Positions 39,701-54,700 of a stretch of DNA of 64,000 bases are shown here, one piece after another. Below the pieces are notes generated by a model. That model was not told the origin of the DNA. It ran no database searches and worked only from the letters and a program-made list of their open reading frames with translations. The translations under genes and the position numbers were made by a program. How positions within the stretch are numbered: position 1 is the stretch's first letter; each line of letters begins with the position of its first letter. The DNA lies in NCBI RefSeq assembly GCF_039654945.1, contig NW_027361788.1:33852001-33916000 (forward strand). Reading direction: 5' to 3'. This DNA is from Dendrobates tinctorius (lineage: Eukaryota).

Positions 39701-42700
39701 GAGGGGAGGATTGGTGAAATGAGGGGAGGATTGGTGAAATGAGGGGAGGATTGGTGAAATGTGTGGAGGATTGGTGAAATGAGGGGAGGATTGGTGAAAT
39801 GAGGGGAGGATTGGTGAAATGAGGGGAGGATTGGTGAAATGAGGGGAGGATTGTGAAATGTGTGGGGGAGTGGTGAAATGAGGGGAGGATTGGTGAAATG
39901 AGGGTAGGATTGGTGAAATATAGGGGATTGGTGAAATGAGGGAAGGATTGGTGAAATGTGTGGGGGATTGGTGAAATGTGTGGAGGAGTGGTAAAATGTG
40001 TGGGGAACTGGTGAAATGAGGGGAGGATTGGTGAAATGTGTGGAGGATTGGTGAAATGAGGGGAGGATTGGTGAAATGAGGGGAGGATTGGTGAAATGAG
40101 GGGAGGATTGGTGAAATGAGGGGAGGATTGGTGAAATGAGGGGAGGATTGGTGAAAAGAGGGGAGGATTGGTGAAAAGAGGGGAGGATTGGTGAAATGTG
40201 GGGAGGATTGGTGAAATGTGTGTAGGAGTGGTGAAATGAGGGGAGGATTGGTGAAATGAGGGGAGGATTGGTGAAATGAGGGGAGGATTGGTGAAATGAG
40301 GGGAGGATTGGTGAAATGAGGGGAGGATTGGTGAAATGAGGGGAGGATTGGTGAAATGTGGGGAGGATTGGTGAAATGTGGGGAGGAGTGGTGAAATGAG
40401 GGGAGGATTGTTGAAATTTGTGTAGGAGTGGTGAAATGAGGGGAGGATTGGTGAAATGAGGGAAGGATTGGTGAAATGAGGGGAGGATTGGTGAAATGAG
40501 GGGAGGATTGGTGAAATGTGTGTAGGAGTGGTGAAATGAGGGGAGGATTGGTGAAATGAGGGAAGGATTGGTGAAATGAGGGGAGGATTGGTGAAATGAG
40601 GGGAGGATTGGTGAAATGAGGGGAGGATTGGTGAAATGAGGGGAGGATTGGTGAAATGAGGGGAGGATTGGTGAAATGAGGGGAGGATTGGTGAAATGTG
40701 TGGAGGAGTGGTGAAATGCGGGGAGGATTGGTGAAATGAGGGGAGGATTGATGAAATGTGTGGCATATTGGTGAAATGTGGGGAGGATTGGTGAAATGTG
40801 GGGAGGATTGGTGAAATGTGTGGAGGAGTGGTGAAATGAGGGAAGGATTGGTGAAATGAGGGGAGGATTGGTGAAATGAGGGGAGGATTGGTGAAATGAG
40901 GGGAGGATTGGTGAAATGAGGGGAGGATTGGTGAAATGAGTGTAGGAGTGGTGAAATGAGGGGAGGATTGGTGAAATGAGGGGAGGATTGGTGAAATGAG
41001 GGGAGGATTGGTGAAATGTGTGGAGGATTGGTGAAATGAGGGGAGGATTGGTGAAATGAGGGGAGGATTGGTGAAATGAGGGGAGGATTGGTGAAATGAG
41101 GGGAGGATTGTGAAATGTGTGGGGGAGTGGTGAAATGAGGGGAGGATTGGTGAAATGAGGGTAGGATTGGTGAAATATAGGGGATTGGTGAAATGAGGGA
41201 AGGATTGGTGAAATGTGTGGGGGATTGGTGAAATGTGTGGAGGAGTGGTAAAATGTGTGGGGAACTGGTGAAATGAGGGAAGGATTGTGAAATATGTAGG
41301 GGATTGGTGAAATGTGTGGAGGATTGATGAAATGAGGGAAGGATTGGTGAAATGAGGGGAGGATTGTGAAATGTGTGGGGGACTGGTGAAATGTGTGGGG
41401 AAATGGTGAAATGAGGGTAGGATTGGTGAAATGAGGGTAGGATTGGTGAAATATAGGGGATTGGTGAAATGAGGGAAGGATTGGTGAAATGTGTGGGGGA
41501 TTGGTGAAATGTGTGGAGGAGTGGTGAAATGTGTGGGGGACTGGTGAAATGTGTGGGGGACTGGTGAAATGTGTGGGGGATTGTGAAATATGTAGGGGAT
41601 TGGTGAAATGTGTGGAGGATTGATGAAATGAGGGAAGGATTGGTGAAATGTGTGGAGGATTGGTGAAATGAGGGGAGGATTGTGAAATGTGTGGGGGACT
41701 GGTGAAATGTGTGGGGAAATGGTGAAATGAGGGTAGGATTGGTGAAATGAGGGTAGGATTGGTGAAATATAGGGGATTGGTGAAATGAGTGAAGGATTGG
41801 TGAAATGTGTGGGGGATTGGTGAAATGTGTGGAGGAGTGGTGAAATGTGTGGGGGACTGGTGAAATGTGTGGGGGATTGTGAAATGTGTGGAGGATTGGT
41901 GAAATGTGTGGAGGAGTGGTGAAATGTGTGGAGGAGTGGTGAAATGTGTGGAGGATTGGTGAAATGTGTGGAGGATTGGTGAAATGTGTGGAGGATTGGT
42001 GAAATGTGTGGAGGATTGGTGAAATGTGTGGAGGATTGGTGAAATGTGTGGAGGAGTGGTGAAATGAATGGAGGAGTGGAGAAATGAGGGAAGGATTGGT
42101 GAAATGAATGGAGGAGTGGTGAAATGAGGGGAGGATTGGTGAAATGTGTGGAGGAGTGGTGAAATGAGGGGAGGATTGGTGAAATGTGTGGAGGAGTGGT
42201 GAAATGAGGGGAGGATTGGTGAAATGTGTGGAGGAGTGGTGAAATGAGGGAAGGATTGGTGAAATGTGTGGAGGAGTGGTGAAATGAGGGGAGGATTGAT
42301 GAAATGTGTGGAGGAGTGGTGAAATGAGGGGAGGATTGATGAAATGTGTGGAGGAGTGGTGAAATGAGGGAAGGATTGGTGAAATGAGGGGAGGATTGTG
42401 AAATGTGTGGGGGATTGGTGAAATGTGTGGGGCAATGGTGAAATGAGGGTAGGATTGGTGAAATGAGGGAAGGATTGGTGAAATGTGGGAAGGAGTGGTG
42501 AAATGCGGGGAGGAGTGGTGAAATGAGGGAAGGATTGGTGAAATGTGGGGAGGATTGGTGAAATGAGGGGAGGATTGGTGAAATGAGGGGAGGATTGGTG
42601 AAATGAGGGGAGGATTGGTGAAATGAGGGGAGGATTGGTGAAATGTGGGGAGGATTGGTGAAATGTGGGGAGGAGTGGTGAAATGCGGGGAGGATTGGTG

Positions 42701-45700
42701 AAATGTGTGTAGGAGTGGTGAAATGAGGGAAGGATTGGTGAAATGAGGGGAGGATTGGTGAAATGTGGGGAGGATTGGTGAAATGAGGGGAGGATTGGTG
42801 AAATGAGGGGAGGATTGTGAAATGTGGGGAGGATTGGTGAAATGAGGGTAGGATTGGTGAAATATAGGGGATTGGTGAAATGAGGGAAGGATTGGTGAAA
42901 TGTGTGGGGGATTGGTGAAATGTGTGGAGGATTGATGAAATGAGGGAAGGATTGGTGAAATGAGGGAAGGATTGTGAAATGTGTGGGGGACTGGTGAAAT
43001 GTGTGGGGAAATGGTGAAATGAGGGTAGGATTGGTGAAATTAGGGTAGGTTTGGTGAAATATAGGGGATTGGTGAAATGAGGGAAGGATTGGTGAAATGT
43101 GTGGAGGAGTGGTGAAATGTGTGGGGGACTGGTGAAATGTGTGGGGGATTGTGAAATATGTAGGGGATTGGTGAAATGTGTGGAGGATTGATGAAATGAG
43201 GGAAGGATTGGTGAAATGAGGGGAGGATTGTGAAATGTGTGGGGGACTGGTGAAATGTGTGGGGAAATGGTGAAATGAGGGTAGGATTGGTGAAATGAGG
43301 GTAGGATTGGTGAAATGAGGGTAGGATTGGTGAAATGAGGGAAGGATTGGTGAAATGTGTGGGGGATTGGTGAAATGTGTGGAGGAGTGGTGAAATGTGT
43401 AGGGGATTGGTGAAATGTGTGGAGGAGTGGTGAAATGTGTGGAGGAGTGGTGAAATGAGGGAAGGATTGGTGAAATGAATGGAGGAGTGGTGAAATGAGG
43501 GAAGGATTGGTGAAATGAATGGAGGAGTGGTGAAATGAGGGGAGGATTGGTGAAATGTGTGGAGTGGTGAAATGAGGGGAGGAGTGGTGAAATGTGTGGA
43601 GGATTGGTGAAATGTGTGGAGGAGTGGTGAAATGAGGGGAGGATTGGTGAAATGAGGGAAGGATTGGTGAAATGTGTGGAGGAGTGGTCAAATGAGGGGA
43701 GGATTGATGAAATGTGTGGAGGAGTGGTGAAATGAGGGAAGGATTGGTGAAGTGAGGGGAGGATTGTGAAATGTGTGGGGGATTGGTGAAATGTGTGGGG
43801 CAATGGTGAAATGAGGGTAGGATTGGTGAAATGAGGGTAGGATTGGTGAAATATAGGGGATTGGTGAAATGTGTGGGGGATTGGTGAAATGTGTGGAGGA
43901 TTGGTGAAATGAGGGAAGGATTGGTGAAATGAGGGAAGGATTGGTGAAATGAGGGAAGGATTGGTGAAATGAGTGGAGGAGTGGTGAAATGAGGGGAGGA
44001 TTGGTGAAATGTGTGGAGGAGTGGTGAAATGAGGGAAGGATTGGTGAAATGTGTGGAGGAGTGGTGAAATGAGGGAAGGATTGGTGAAATGTGTGGGGGA
44101 ATGGTGAAATGTGTGGAGGATTGGTGAAATGTGGGGAGGATTGGTGAAATGAGGGGAGGATTGGTGAAATGAGGGGAGGATTGGTGAAATGAGGGGAGGA
44201 TTGTGAAATGTGTGGGGGAATGGTGAAATGAGGGGAGGATTGGTGAAATGAGGGGAGGATTGGTGAAATGAGGGGAGGATGGTGAAATGTGTGGAGGATT
44301 GTGAAATGTGTGGGGGATTGGTGAAATGAGGGGAGGATTGTGAAATATGTAGGGGATTGGTGAAATGTGTGGAGGATTGGTGAAATGTGTGGAGGAGTGG
44401 TGAAATGAGGGAAGGATTGGTGAAATGTGTGGAGGACTGGTGAAATGAGGGAAGGATTGGTGAAATGTGTGGAGGAGTGGTGAAATGAGGGGAGGATTGG
44501 TGAAATGAGGGGAGGATTGTGAAATGTGTGGGGGAGTGGTGAAATGAGCGGAGGATTGGTGAAATGAGGGTAGGATTGGTGATATATAGGGGATTGGTGA
44601 AATGAGGGAAGGATTGGTGAAATGTGTGGGGGATTGGTGAAATGTGTGGAGGAGTGGTAAAATGTGTGGAGGAGTGGTAAAATGTGTGGGGAACTGGTGA
44701 AATGAGGGAAGGATTGTGAAATATGTAGGGGATTGGTGAAATGTGTGGAGGATTGATGAAATGAGGGAAGGATTGGTGAAATGAGGGGAGGATTGTGAAA
44801 TGTGTGGGGGACTGGTGAAATGTGTGGGGAAATGGTGAAATGAGGGTAGGATTGGTGAAATGAGGGTAGGATTGGTGAAATATAGGGGATTGGTGAAATG
44901 AGGGAAGGATTGGTGAAATGTGTGGGGCATTGGTGAAATGTGTGGGGCAATGGTGAAATGAGGGTAGGATTGGTGAAATATAGGGGATTGGTGAAATGTG
45001 TGAGGGATTGGTGAAATGTGTGGGGGATTGGTGAAATGTGTGGGGGATTGGTGAAATGTGTGGGGGAGTGGTGAAATGAGGGAAGGATTGGTGAAATGAA
45101 TGGAGGAGTGGTGAAATGAGGGAAGGATTGGTGAAATGTGTGGAGGAGTGGTGAAATGAGGGGAGGATTGGTGAAATGTGTGGAGGAGTGGTGAAATGTG
45201 TGGAGGAGTGGTGAAATGTGTAGAGGAGTAGTGAAATGAGGGAAGGATTGGTGAAATGTGTGGAGGAGTGGTGAAATGTGTGGAGGAGTGGTGAAATGAG
45301 GGAAGGATTGGTGAAATGTGTGGAGGAGTGGTGAAATGAGGGGAGGATTGGTGAAATGAGGGGAGGATTGTGAAATGTGTGGGGCAATGGTGAAATGAGG
45401 GTAGGATTGGTGAAATATAGGGGATTGGTGAAATGAGGGAAGGATTGGTGAAATGTGTGGGGGATTGGTGAAATGAGGGAAGGATTGTGAAATATGTAGG
45501 GGATTGGTGAAATGTGTGGAGGATTGATGAAATGAGGGGAAGATTGTGAAATGTGTGAAGGATTGGTGAAATGAGGGAAGGATTGGTGAAATGAGGGGAG
45601 GATTGGTGAAATGAGGGGAGGATTGTGAAATGTGTGGGGGACTGGTGAAATGTGTGGGGGATTGGTGAAATGAGGGGAGGATTGTGAAATATGTAGGGGA

Positions 45701-48700
45701 TTGGTGAAATGTGTGGAGGATTGGTGAAATGAGGGAAGGATTGGTGATATGTGTGGAGGATTGGTGAAATGTGTGGAGGATTGTGAAATGTGTGAAGGAG
45801 TGGTGAAATGAGGGAAGGATTGGTGAAATGTGTGGAGGAGTGGTGAAATGAGGGGAGGATTGGTGAAATGAGGGGAGGATTGTGAAATGTGTGGGGGATT
45901 GGTGAAATGTGTGGAGGATTGTGAAATGTGTGAAGGAGTGGTGAAATGAGGGAAGGATTGGTGAAATGTGTGGAGGAGTGGTGAAATGAGGGGAGGATTG
46001 GTGAAATGAGGGGAGGATTGTGAAATGTGTGGGACAATGGTGAAATGAGGGTAGGATTGGTGAAATGAGGGTAGGATTGGTGAAATGAGGGTAGGATTGG
46101 TGAAATATAGGAGATTGGTGAAATGAGGGAAGGATTGGTGAAATGTGTGGAGGATTGGTGAAATGAGGGGAGGATTGTGAAATGTGTGGGGGACTGGTGA
46201 AATGTGTGGGGGATTGTGAAATGAGGGGAGGATTGTGAAATGTGTGAAGGATTGGTGAAATGAGGGAAGGATTGGTGAAATGTGTGGAGGATTGGTGAAA
46301 TGAGGGGAGGATTGGTGAAATGAGGGGAGGATTGGTGAAATGAGGGGAGGATTGTGAAATGTGTGGGGGACTGGTGAAATGTGTGGGGGATTGGTGAAAT
46401 GTGTGGAGGATTGATGAAATGAGGGGAGGATTGTGAAATGTGTGAAGGATTGGTGAAATGAGGGGAGGATTGTGAAATGTGTGGGGGACTGGTGAAATGA
46501 GGGGAGGATTGGTGAAATGTGTGGAGGATTGGTGAAATGAGGGGAGGATTGGTGAAATGAGGGGAGGATTGGTGAAATGAGGGGAGGATTGGTGAAATGA
46601 GGGGAGGATTGTGAAATGTGTGGGGGACTGGTGAAATGTGTGGAGGAGTGGTGAAATGAGGGAAGGATTGGTGAAATGAGGGAAGGATTGGTGAAATGAG
46701 GGGAGGATTGGTGAAATGTGTGGAGGAGTGGTGAAATGAGGGGAGGATTGGTGAAATGAGGGGAGGATTGGTGAAATGAGGGGAGGATTGGTGAAATGTG
46801 TGGAGGATTGGTGAAATGTGTGGAGGAGTGGTGAAATGAGGGAAGGATTGGTGAAATGAGGGAAGGATTGGTGAAATGAGGGGAGGATTGGTGAAATGTG
46901 TGGAGGATTGGTGAAATGAGGGTAGGATTGGTGAAATGAGGGTAGGATTGGTGAAATATAGGAGATTGGTGAAATGAGGGAAGGATTGGTGAAATGTGTG
47001 GAGGATTGGTGAAATGAGGGGAGGATTGTGAAATGTGTGGGGGACTGGTGAAATGTGTGGGGGATTGTGAAATGAGGGGAGGATTGTGAAATGTGTGAAG
47101 GATTGGTGAAATGAGGGAAGGATTGGTGAAATGTGTGGAGGATTGGTGAAATGAGGGGAGGATTGGTGAAATGAGGGGAGGATTGGTGAAATGAGGGGAG
47201 GATTGGTGAAATGAGGGGAGGATTGTGAAATGTGTGGGGGACTGGTGAAATGTGTGGGGGATTGGTGAAATGTGTGGAGGATTGATGAAATGAGGGGAGG
47301 ATTGTGAAATGTGTTAAGGATTGGTGAAATGAGGGGAGGATTGTGAAATGTGTGGGGGACTGGTGAAATGAGGGGAGGATTGGTGAAATGTGTGGAGGAT
47401 TGGTGAAATGTGGGGAGGATTGGTGAAATGAGGGGAGGATTGGTGAAATGAGGGGAGGATTGGTGAAATGAGGGGAGGATTGTGAAATGTGTGGGGGACT
47501 GGTGAAATGTGTGGGGGACTGGTGAAATGTGTGGGGGATTGGTGAAATGTGTGGAGGATTGATGAAATGAGGGGAGGATTGTGAAATGTGTGAAGGATTG
47601 GTGAAATGAGGGAAGGATTGGTGAAATGTGTGGAGGATTGGTGAAATGAGGGGAGGATTGGTGAAATGAGGGGAGGATTGTGAAATGTGTGGGGGACTGG
47701 TGAAATGTGTGGGGGACTGGTGAAATGAGGGGAGGATTGTGAAATGTGTGAAGGAGTGGTGAAATGAGGGAAGGATTGGTGAAATGTGTGGAGGATTGGT
47801 GAAATGAGGGGAGGATTGGTGAAATGAGGGGAGGATTGGTGAAATGAGGGGAGGATTGTGAAATGTGTGGGGGACTGGTGAAATGAGGGGAGGATTGGTG
47901 AAATGTGTGGAGGATTGGTGAAATGAGGGGAGGATTGGTGAAATGAGGGGAGGATTGGTGAAATGAGGGGAGGATTGTGAAATGTGTGGGGGACTGGTGA
48001 AATGAGGGGAGGATTGTGAAATGTGTGAAGGAGTGGTGAAATGAGGGAAGGATTGGTGAAATGTGTGGAGGAGTGGTGAAATGAGGGGAGGATTGGTGAA
48101 AGGTGTGGAGGAGTGGTGAAATGAGGGAAGGATTGGTGAAAGGTGTGGAGGAGTGGTGAAATGAGGGGAGGATTGGTGAAATGTGTGGAGGAGTGGTGAA
48201 ATGAGGGAAGGATTGGTGAAATGTGTGGAGGAGTGGTGAAATGAGGGGAGGATTGGTGAAATGAGGGGAGGATTGGTGAAATATAGGGGATTGGTGAAAT
48301 GAGGGAAGGATTGGTGAAATGTGGGGAAGATTGGTGAAATGAGGGGAGGATTGGTGAAATGTGTGGGGGACTGGTGAAATGTGTGGGGGACTGGTGAAAT
48401 GAGGGGAGGATTGTGAAATGAGGGGAGGATTGTGAAATGTGTGAAGGATTGGTGAAATGAGGGAAGGATTGGTGAAATGTGTGGAGGATTGGTGAAATGA
48501 GGGGAGGATTGGTGAAATGAGGGGAGGATTGGTGAAATGAGGGGAGGATTGTGAAATGTGTGGGGGACTGGTGAAATGTGTGGGGGACTGGTGAAATGTG
48601 TGGGGGATTGGTGAAATGTGTGGGGGATTGGTGAAATGTGTGGAGGATTGATGAAATGAGGGGAGGATTGTGAAATGTGTGAAGGATTGGTGAAATGTGT

Positions 48701-51700
48701 GGAGGATTGGTGAAATGAGGGGAGGATTGTGAAATGTGTGGGGGACTGGTGAAATGAGGGGAGGATTGGTGAAATGTGTGGAGGATTGGTGAAATGAGGG
48801 GAGGATTGGTGAAATGAGGGGAGGATTGGTGAAATGAGGGGAGGATTGTGAAATGTGTGGGGGACTGGTGAAATGTGTGGGGGACTGGTGAAATGAGGGG
48901 AGGATTGGTGAAATGTGTGGAGGATTGGTGAAATGAGGGGAGGATTGGTGAAATGAGGGGATTGGTGAAATGAGGGGAGGATTGGTGAAATGAGGGGAGG
49001 ATTGGTGAAATGAGGGGAGGATTGGTGAAATGAGGGGAGGATTGTGAAATGTGTGGGGGACTGGTGAAATGTGTGGGGGACTGGTGAAATGTGTGGGGGA
49101 CTGGTGAAATGTGTGGAGGATTGATGAAATGAGGGGAGGATTGTGAAATGTGTGAAGGATTGGTGAAATGAGGGAAGGATTGGTGAAATGTGTGGAGGAT
49201 TGGTGAAATGAGGGGAGGATTGGTGAAATGAGGGGAGGATTGTGAAATGTGTGGGGGACTGGTGAAATGAGGGGAGGATTGGTGAAATGAGGGGAGGATT
49301 GGTGAAATGAGGGGATGATTGGTGAAATGAGGGGAGGATTGGTGAAATGAGGGGAGGATTGTGAAATGAGGGAAGGAGTGGTGAAATGAGGGAAGGATTG
49401 GTGAAATGTGTGGAGGATTGGTGAAATGAGGGGAGGATTGGTGAAATGAGGGGAGGATTGTGAAATGTGTGAAGGATTGGTGAAATGAGGGAAGGATTGG
49501 TGAAATGTGTGGAGGATTGGTGAAATGAGGGGAGGATTGGTGAAATGAGGGGAGGATTGTGAAATGTGTGGGGGACTGGTGAAATGAGGGGAGGATTGGT
49601 GAAATGAGGGGAGGATTGGTGAAATGAGGGGATGATTGGTGAAATGAGGGGAGGATTGGTGAAATGAGGGGAGGATTGTGAAATGAGGGAAGGAGTGGTG
49701 AAATGAGGGAAGGATTGGTGAAATGTGTGGAGGATTGGTGAAATGAGGGGAGGATTGGTGAAATGAGGGGAGGATTGGTGAAATGAGGGGAGGATTGTGA
49801 AATGTGTGGGGGACTGGTGAAATGAGGGGAGGATTGGTGAAATGTGTGGAGGATTGGTGAAATGAGGGGAGGATTGGTGAAATGTGTGGAGGATTGGTGA
49901 AATGAGGGAAGGATTGGTGAAATGAGGGGAGGACTGGTGAAATGAGGGGAGGATTGTGAAATGTGTGAAGGAGTGGTGAAATGAGGGAAGGATTGGTGAA
50001 ATGTGTGGAGGATTGGTGAAATGAGGGGAGGATTGTGAAATGTGTGGGGGACTGGTGAAATGTGTGGGGGACTGGTGAAATGTGTGGGGGACTGGTGAAA
50101 TGTGTGGGGGACTGGTGAAATGTGTGGGGGACTGGTGAAATGAGGGGAGGATTGTGAAATGTGTGAAGGATTGGTGAAATGAGGGAAGGATTGGTGAAAT
50201 GAGGGAAGGATTGGTGAAATGAGGGGAGGATTGGTGAAATGAGGGGAGGATTGTGAAAGGTGTGGGGGACTGGTGAAATGAGGGGAGGATTGGTGAAATG
50301 TGTGGAGGATTGGTGAAATGAGGGGAGGATTGGTGAAATGAGGGGAGGATTGTGAAATGTGTGGGGGACTGGTGAAATGTGTGGAGGATTGTGAAATGTG
50401 TGAAGGAGTGGTGAAATGAGGGGAGGATTGGTGAAATGTGTGGAGGAGTGGTGAAATGAGGGGAGGATTGGTGAAATGTGTGGAGGAGTGGTGAAATGAG
50501 GGAAGGATTGGTGAAATGTGTGGAGGATTGGTGAAATGTGTGGAGGAGTGGTGAAATGAGGGAAGGATTGGTGAAATGTGTGGAGGAGTGGTGAAATGAG
50601 GGGAGGATTGGTGAAATGTGTGGAGGAGTGGTGAAATGAGGGGAGGATTGGTGAAATGAGGGGAGGATTGTGAAATGTGTGGGGCAATGGTGAAATGAGG
50701 GTAGGATTGGTGAAATGAGGGTAGGATTTGTGAAATGAGGGTAGGATTGGTGAAATATAGGAGATTGGTGAAATGAGGGAAGGATTGGTGAAATGTGTGG
50801 AGGATTGGTGAAATGAGGGGAGGATTGTGAAATGTGTGGGGGACTGGTGAAATGTGTGGGGGATTGTGAAATGAGGGGAGGATTGTGAAATGTGTGAAGG
50901 ATTGGTGAAATGAGGGAAGGATTGGTGAAATGTGTGGAGGATTGGTGAAATGAGGGGAGGATTGGTGAAATGAGGGGAGGATTGTGAAATGTGTGGGGGA
51001 CTGGTGAAATGTGTGGGGGATTGGTGAAATGTGTGGAGGATTGATGAAATGAGGGGAGGATTGTGAAATGTGTGAAGGATTGGTGAAATGAGGGGAGGAT
51101 TGTGAAATGTGTGGGGGACTGGTGAAATGAGGGGAGGATTGGTGAAATGTGTGGAGGATTGGTGAAATGAGGGGAGGATTGGTGAAATGAGGGGAGGATT
51201 GGTGAAATGAGGGGAGGATTGGTGAAATGAGGGGAGGATTGTGAAATGTGTGGGGGACTAGTGAAATGTGTGGGGGACTAGTGAAATGTGTGGAGGATTG
51301 ATGAAATGAGGGGAGGATTGTGAAATGTGTGAAGGATTGGTGAAATGAGGGAAGGATTGGTGAAATGTGTGGAGGATTGGTGAAATGAGGGGAGGATTGG
51401 TGAAATGAGGGGAGGATTGTGAAATGTGTGGGGGACTGGTGAAATGTGTGGGGGATTGATGAAATGAGGGGAGGATTGTGAAATGTGTGAAGGAGTGGTG
51501 AAATGAGGGAAGGATTGGTGAAATGTGTGGAGGATTGGTGAAATGAGGGGAGGATTGGTGAAATGAGGGGAGGATTGGTGAAATGAGGGGAGGATTGTGA
51601 AATGTGTGGAGGATTGGTGAAATGTGTGGAGGATTGGTGAAATGAGGGGAGGATTGTTGAAATGTGGGGAGGATTGGTGAAATGAGGGGAGGATTGGTGA

Positions 51701-54700
51701 AATGAGGGGAGGATTGGTGAAATGTGTGGGGGACTGGTGAAATGTGTGGGGGACTGGTGAAATGTGTGGGGGACTGGTGAAATGAGGGGAGGATTGTGAA
51801 ATGTGTGAAGGAGTGGTGAAATGAGGGAAGGATTGGTGAAATGTGTGGAGGAGTGGTGAAATGAGGGGAGGATTGGTGAAAGGTGTGGAGGAGTGGTGAA
51901 ATGAGGGAAGGATTGGTGAAATGTGTGGAGGAGTGGTGAAATGAGGGGAGGATTGGTGAAATGTGTGGAGGAGTGGTGAAATGAGGGAAGGATTGGTGAA
52001 ATGTGTGGAGGAGTGGTGAAATGAGGGGAGGATTGGTGAAATGAGGGTAGGATTGGTGAAATGAGGGAAGGATTGGTGAAATGTGGGGAAGATTGGTGAA
52101 ATGAGGGGAGGATTGGTGAAATGTGTGGGGGACTGGTGAAATGTGTGGGGGACTGGTGAAATGTGTGGGGGACTGGTGAAATGAGGGGAGGATTGTGAAA
52201 TGAGGGGAGGATTGTGAAATGTGTGAAGGATTGGTGAAATGAGGGAAGGATTGGTGAAATGAGGGGAGGATTGGTGAAATGAGGGGAGGATTGGTGAAAT
52301 GAGGGGAGGATTGGTGAAATGAGGGGAGGATTGGTGAAATGAGGGGAGGATTGGTGAAATGTGTGGGGGACTGGTGAAATGTGTGGGGGACTGGTGAAAT
52401 GTGTGGGGATTGGTGAAATGTGTGGAGGATTGATGAAATGAGGGGAGGATTGTGAATTGTGTGAAGGATTGGTGAAATGTGTGGAGGATTGGTGAAATGA
52501 GGGGAGGATTGGTGAAATGAGGGGAGGATTGTGAAATGTGTGGGGGACTGGTGAAATGAGGGGAGGATTGGTGAAATGAGGGGAGGATTGGTGAAATGAG
52601 GGGAGGATTGGTGAAATGAGGGGAGGATTGGTGAAATGAGGGGAGGATTGGTGAAATGAGGGGAGGATTGTGAAATGTGTGGGGGACTGGTGAAATGTGT
52701 GGGGGACTGGTGAAATGTGTGGGGGACTGGTGAAATGAGGGGAGGATTGGTGAAATGTGTGGAGGATTGGTGAAATGAGGGGAGGATTGGTGAAATGAGG
52801 GGAGGATTGGTGAAATGAGGGGAGGATTGTGAAATGTGTGGGGGACTGGTGAAATGTGTGGGGGACTGGTGAAATGTGTGGGGGACTGGTGAAATGTGTG
52901 GAGGATTGATGAAATGAGGGGAGGATTGTGAAATGTGTGAAGGATTGGTGAAATGAGGGAAGGATTGGTGAAATGTGTGGAGGATTGGTGAAATGAGGGG
53001 AGGATTGGTGAAATGAGGGGAGGATTGTGAAATGTGTGGGGGACTGGTGAAATGAGGGGAGGATTGGTGAAATGAGGGGAGGATTGGTGAAATGAGGGGA
53101 GGATTGGTGAAATGAGGGGAGGATTGTGAAATGAGGGAAGGAGTGGTGAAATGAGGGAAGGATTGGTGAAATGTGTGGAGGATTGGTGAAATGAGGGGAG
53201 GATTGGTGAAATGAGGGGAGGATTGGTGAAATGAGGGGAGGATTGTGAAATGTGTGGGGGACTGGTGAAATGAGGGGAGGATTGGTGAAATGTGTGGAGG
53301 ATTGGTGAAATGAGGGGAGGATTGGTGAAATGAGGGGAGGATTGGTGAAATGTGTGGAGGATTGGTGAAATGAGGGAAGGATTGGTGAAATGAGGGGAGG
53401 ACTGGTGAAATGAGGGGAGGATTGGTGAAATGAGGGGAGGATTGTGAAATGTGTGGGGGACTGGTGAAATGTGTGGGGGACTGGTGAAATGTGTGGGGGA
53501 CTGGTGAAATGTGTGGGGGACTGGTGAAATGTGTGGGGGACTGGTGAAATGTGTGGGGGACTGGTGGAACTGATTAATAAATTGTATTTATAGACCTGTT
53601 GGTGTCAGCAGAGATCTGGACTAGAAATCATTTTGTTAAATATATTCACACTCCTTTTTTTGTAGCATCTTAATGTTTTGTTTGTTGTCATAAATGAAGT
53701 AAATAACTTTAAAGCGTTAATTAAAAAAAGGAATTATAAAAAAAAAATTGAGTATGTGAGAACAATCTATATTCTTAGTGCCGCCACCATTTACCTGGCA
53801 AGCTCACATATTTAGGAGCCACAAAGACAAGGGGTTGTCAAAGAGCATCTGTGCACTTCTTCGGGCTAGTCACAGAGTCACCCAGGCTTCCTATAGACGC
53901 CTAGCCCCTGCTTTGCGTCCATAAGCCCCTATGGCTGCCAGGCATTGCCACTACTCACAGCCACCACCAGGAGACGCCCTTTTTGCTGCTCACCTCCCGG
54001 CAGTGCTGCGCTCTCAGCAGAGTCCTCAGTGACCGGTTTGTCTCCTCAAATGTGCTCAGCTTCTCCAGCAGGGTTTCCTTCTGCCGAGTGAGAAGGTTGA
54101 AGTCTGTACTTGTCATTCTCTTCTCCTGCAATGAATATGAGTCCTCAGAATGTGGATGGGGGGGGGCTTCATCTACGGGATCGCCATACAAATGCTGTGT
54201 GATCTACTGATCACCTACATGTCTCATCTGATTAATGGTGTCCCGCAACTGGTCAACCTGTCTCGCAGCCTCGGCCCCGTCCATCTCAGCCTCCACCAGC
54301 TTAGACAGCAAATGCGACTTCTCCTGCTGCAGCTGCTGCTTCTCCCGCCTGAAGTTGTGGATAGAAAATACAACACATACTATACTGGGGGAGCTTTATG
54401 GTGCCTTATGGAGGGGCATACAGCCTCTATCAGCCATCACACTAGTCATGTTATTCTCCAATATCAATCTTGCTACCGTAAGTGTCTGCAATCTTATAGT
54501 CACTTTGTCAATTTTTCAAAATCCTCTGCTTGCTGTCAATCATTGCAAACATTCAGACCCCCAAACACCTGCCAATTAATGGATCCCATATAACAATGTG
54601 CACAGATCTCTTTTATCCAGCCCTGCAGCTAAGGTTCCTACAATTTGGGATTTTTAACCCCTTTGAGACCCAGCCTGTTTTCACCTTCCTGACCGAGCCA

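Noticed and set aside
37062-50687. 4541-aa, 2762-aa and 420-aa Pro/His/Ser-rich ORFs
   Set aside because: These are translations of a G-poor 20-bp repeat that rarely forms stop codons. All three frames give the same rotating peptide, the starts are non-ATG, and the flanking ODF2 exons join in frame without them.
37119-53568. CRISPR-like array
   Set aside because: There are no unique spacers and no cas genes, and the array sits in a eukaryotic intron.
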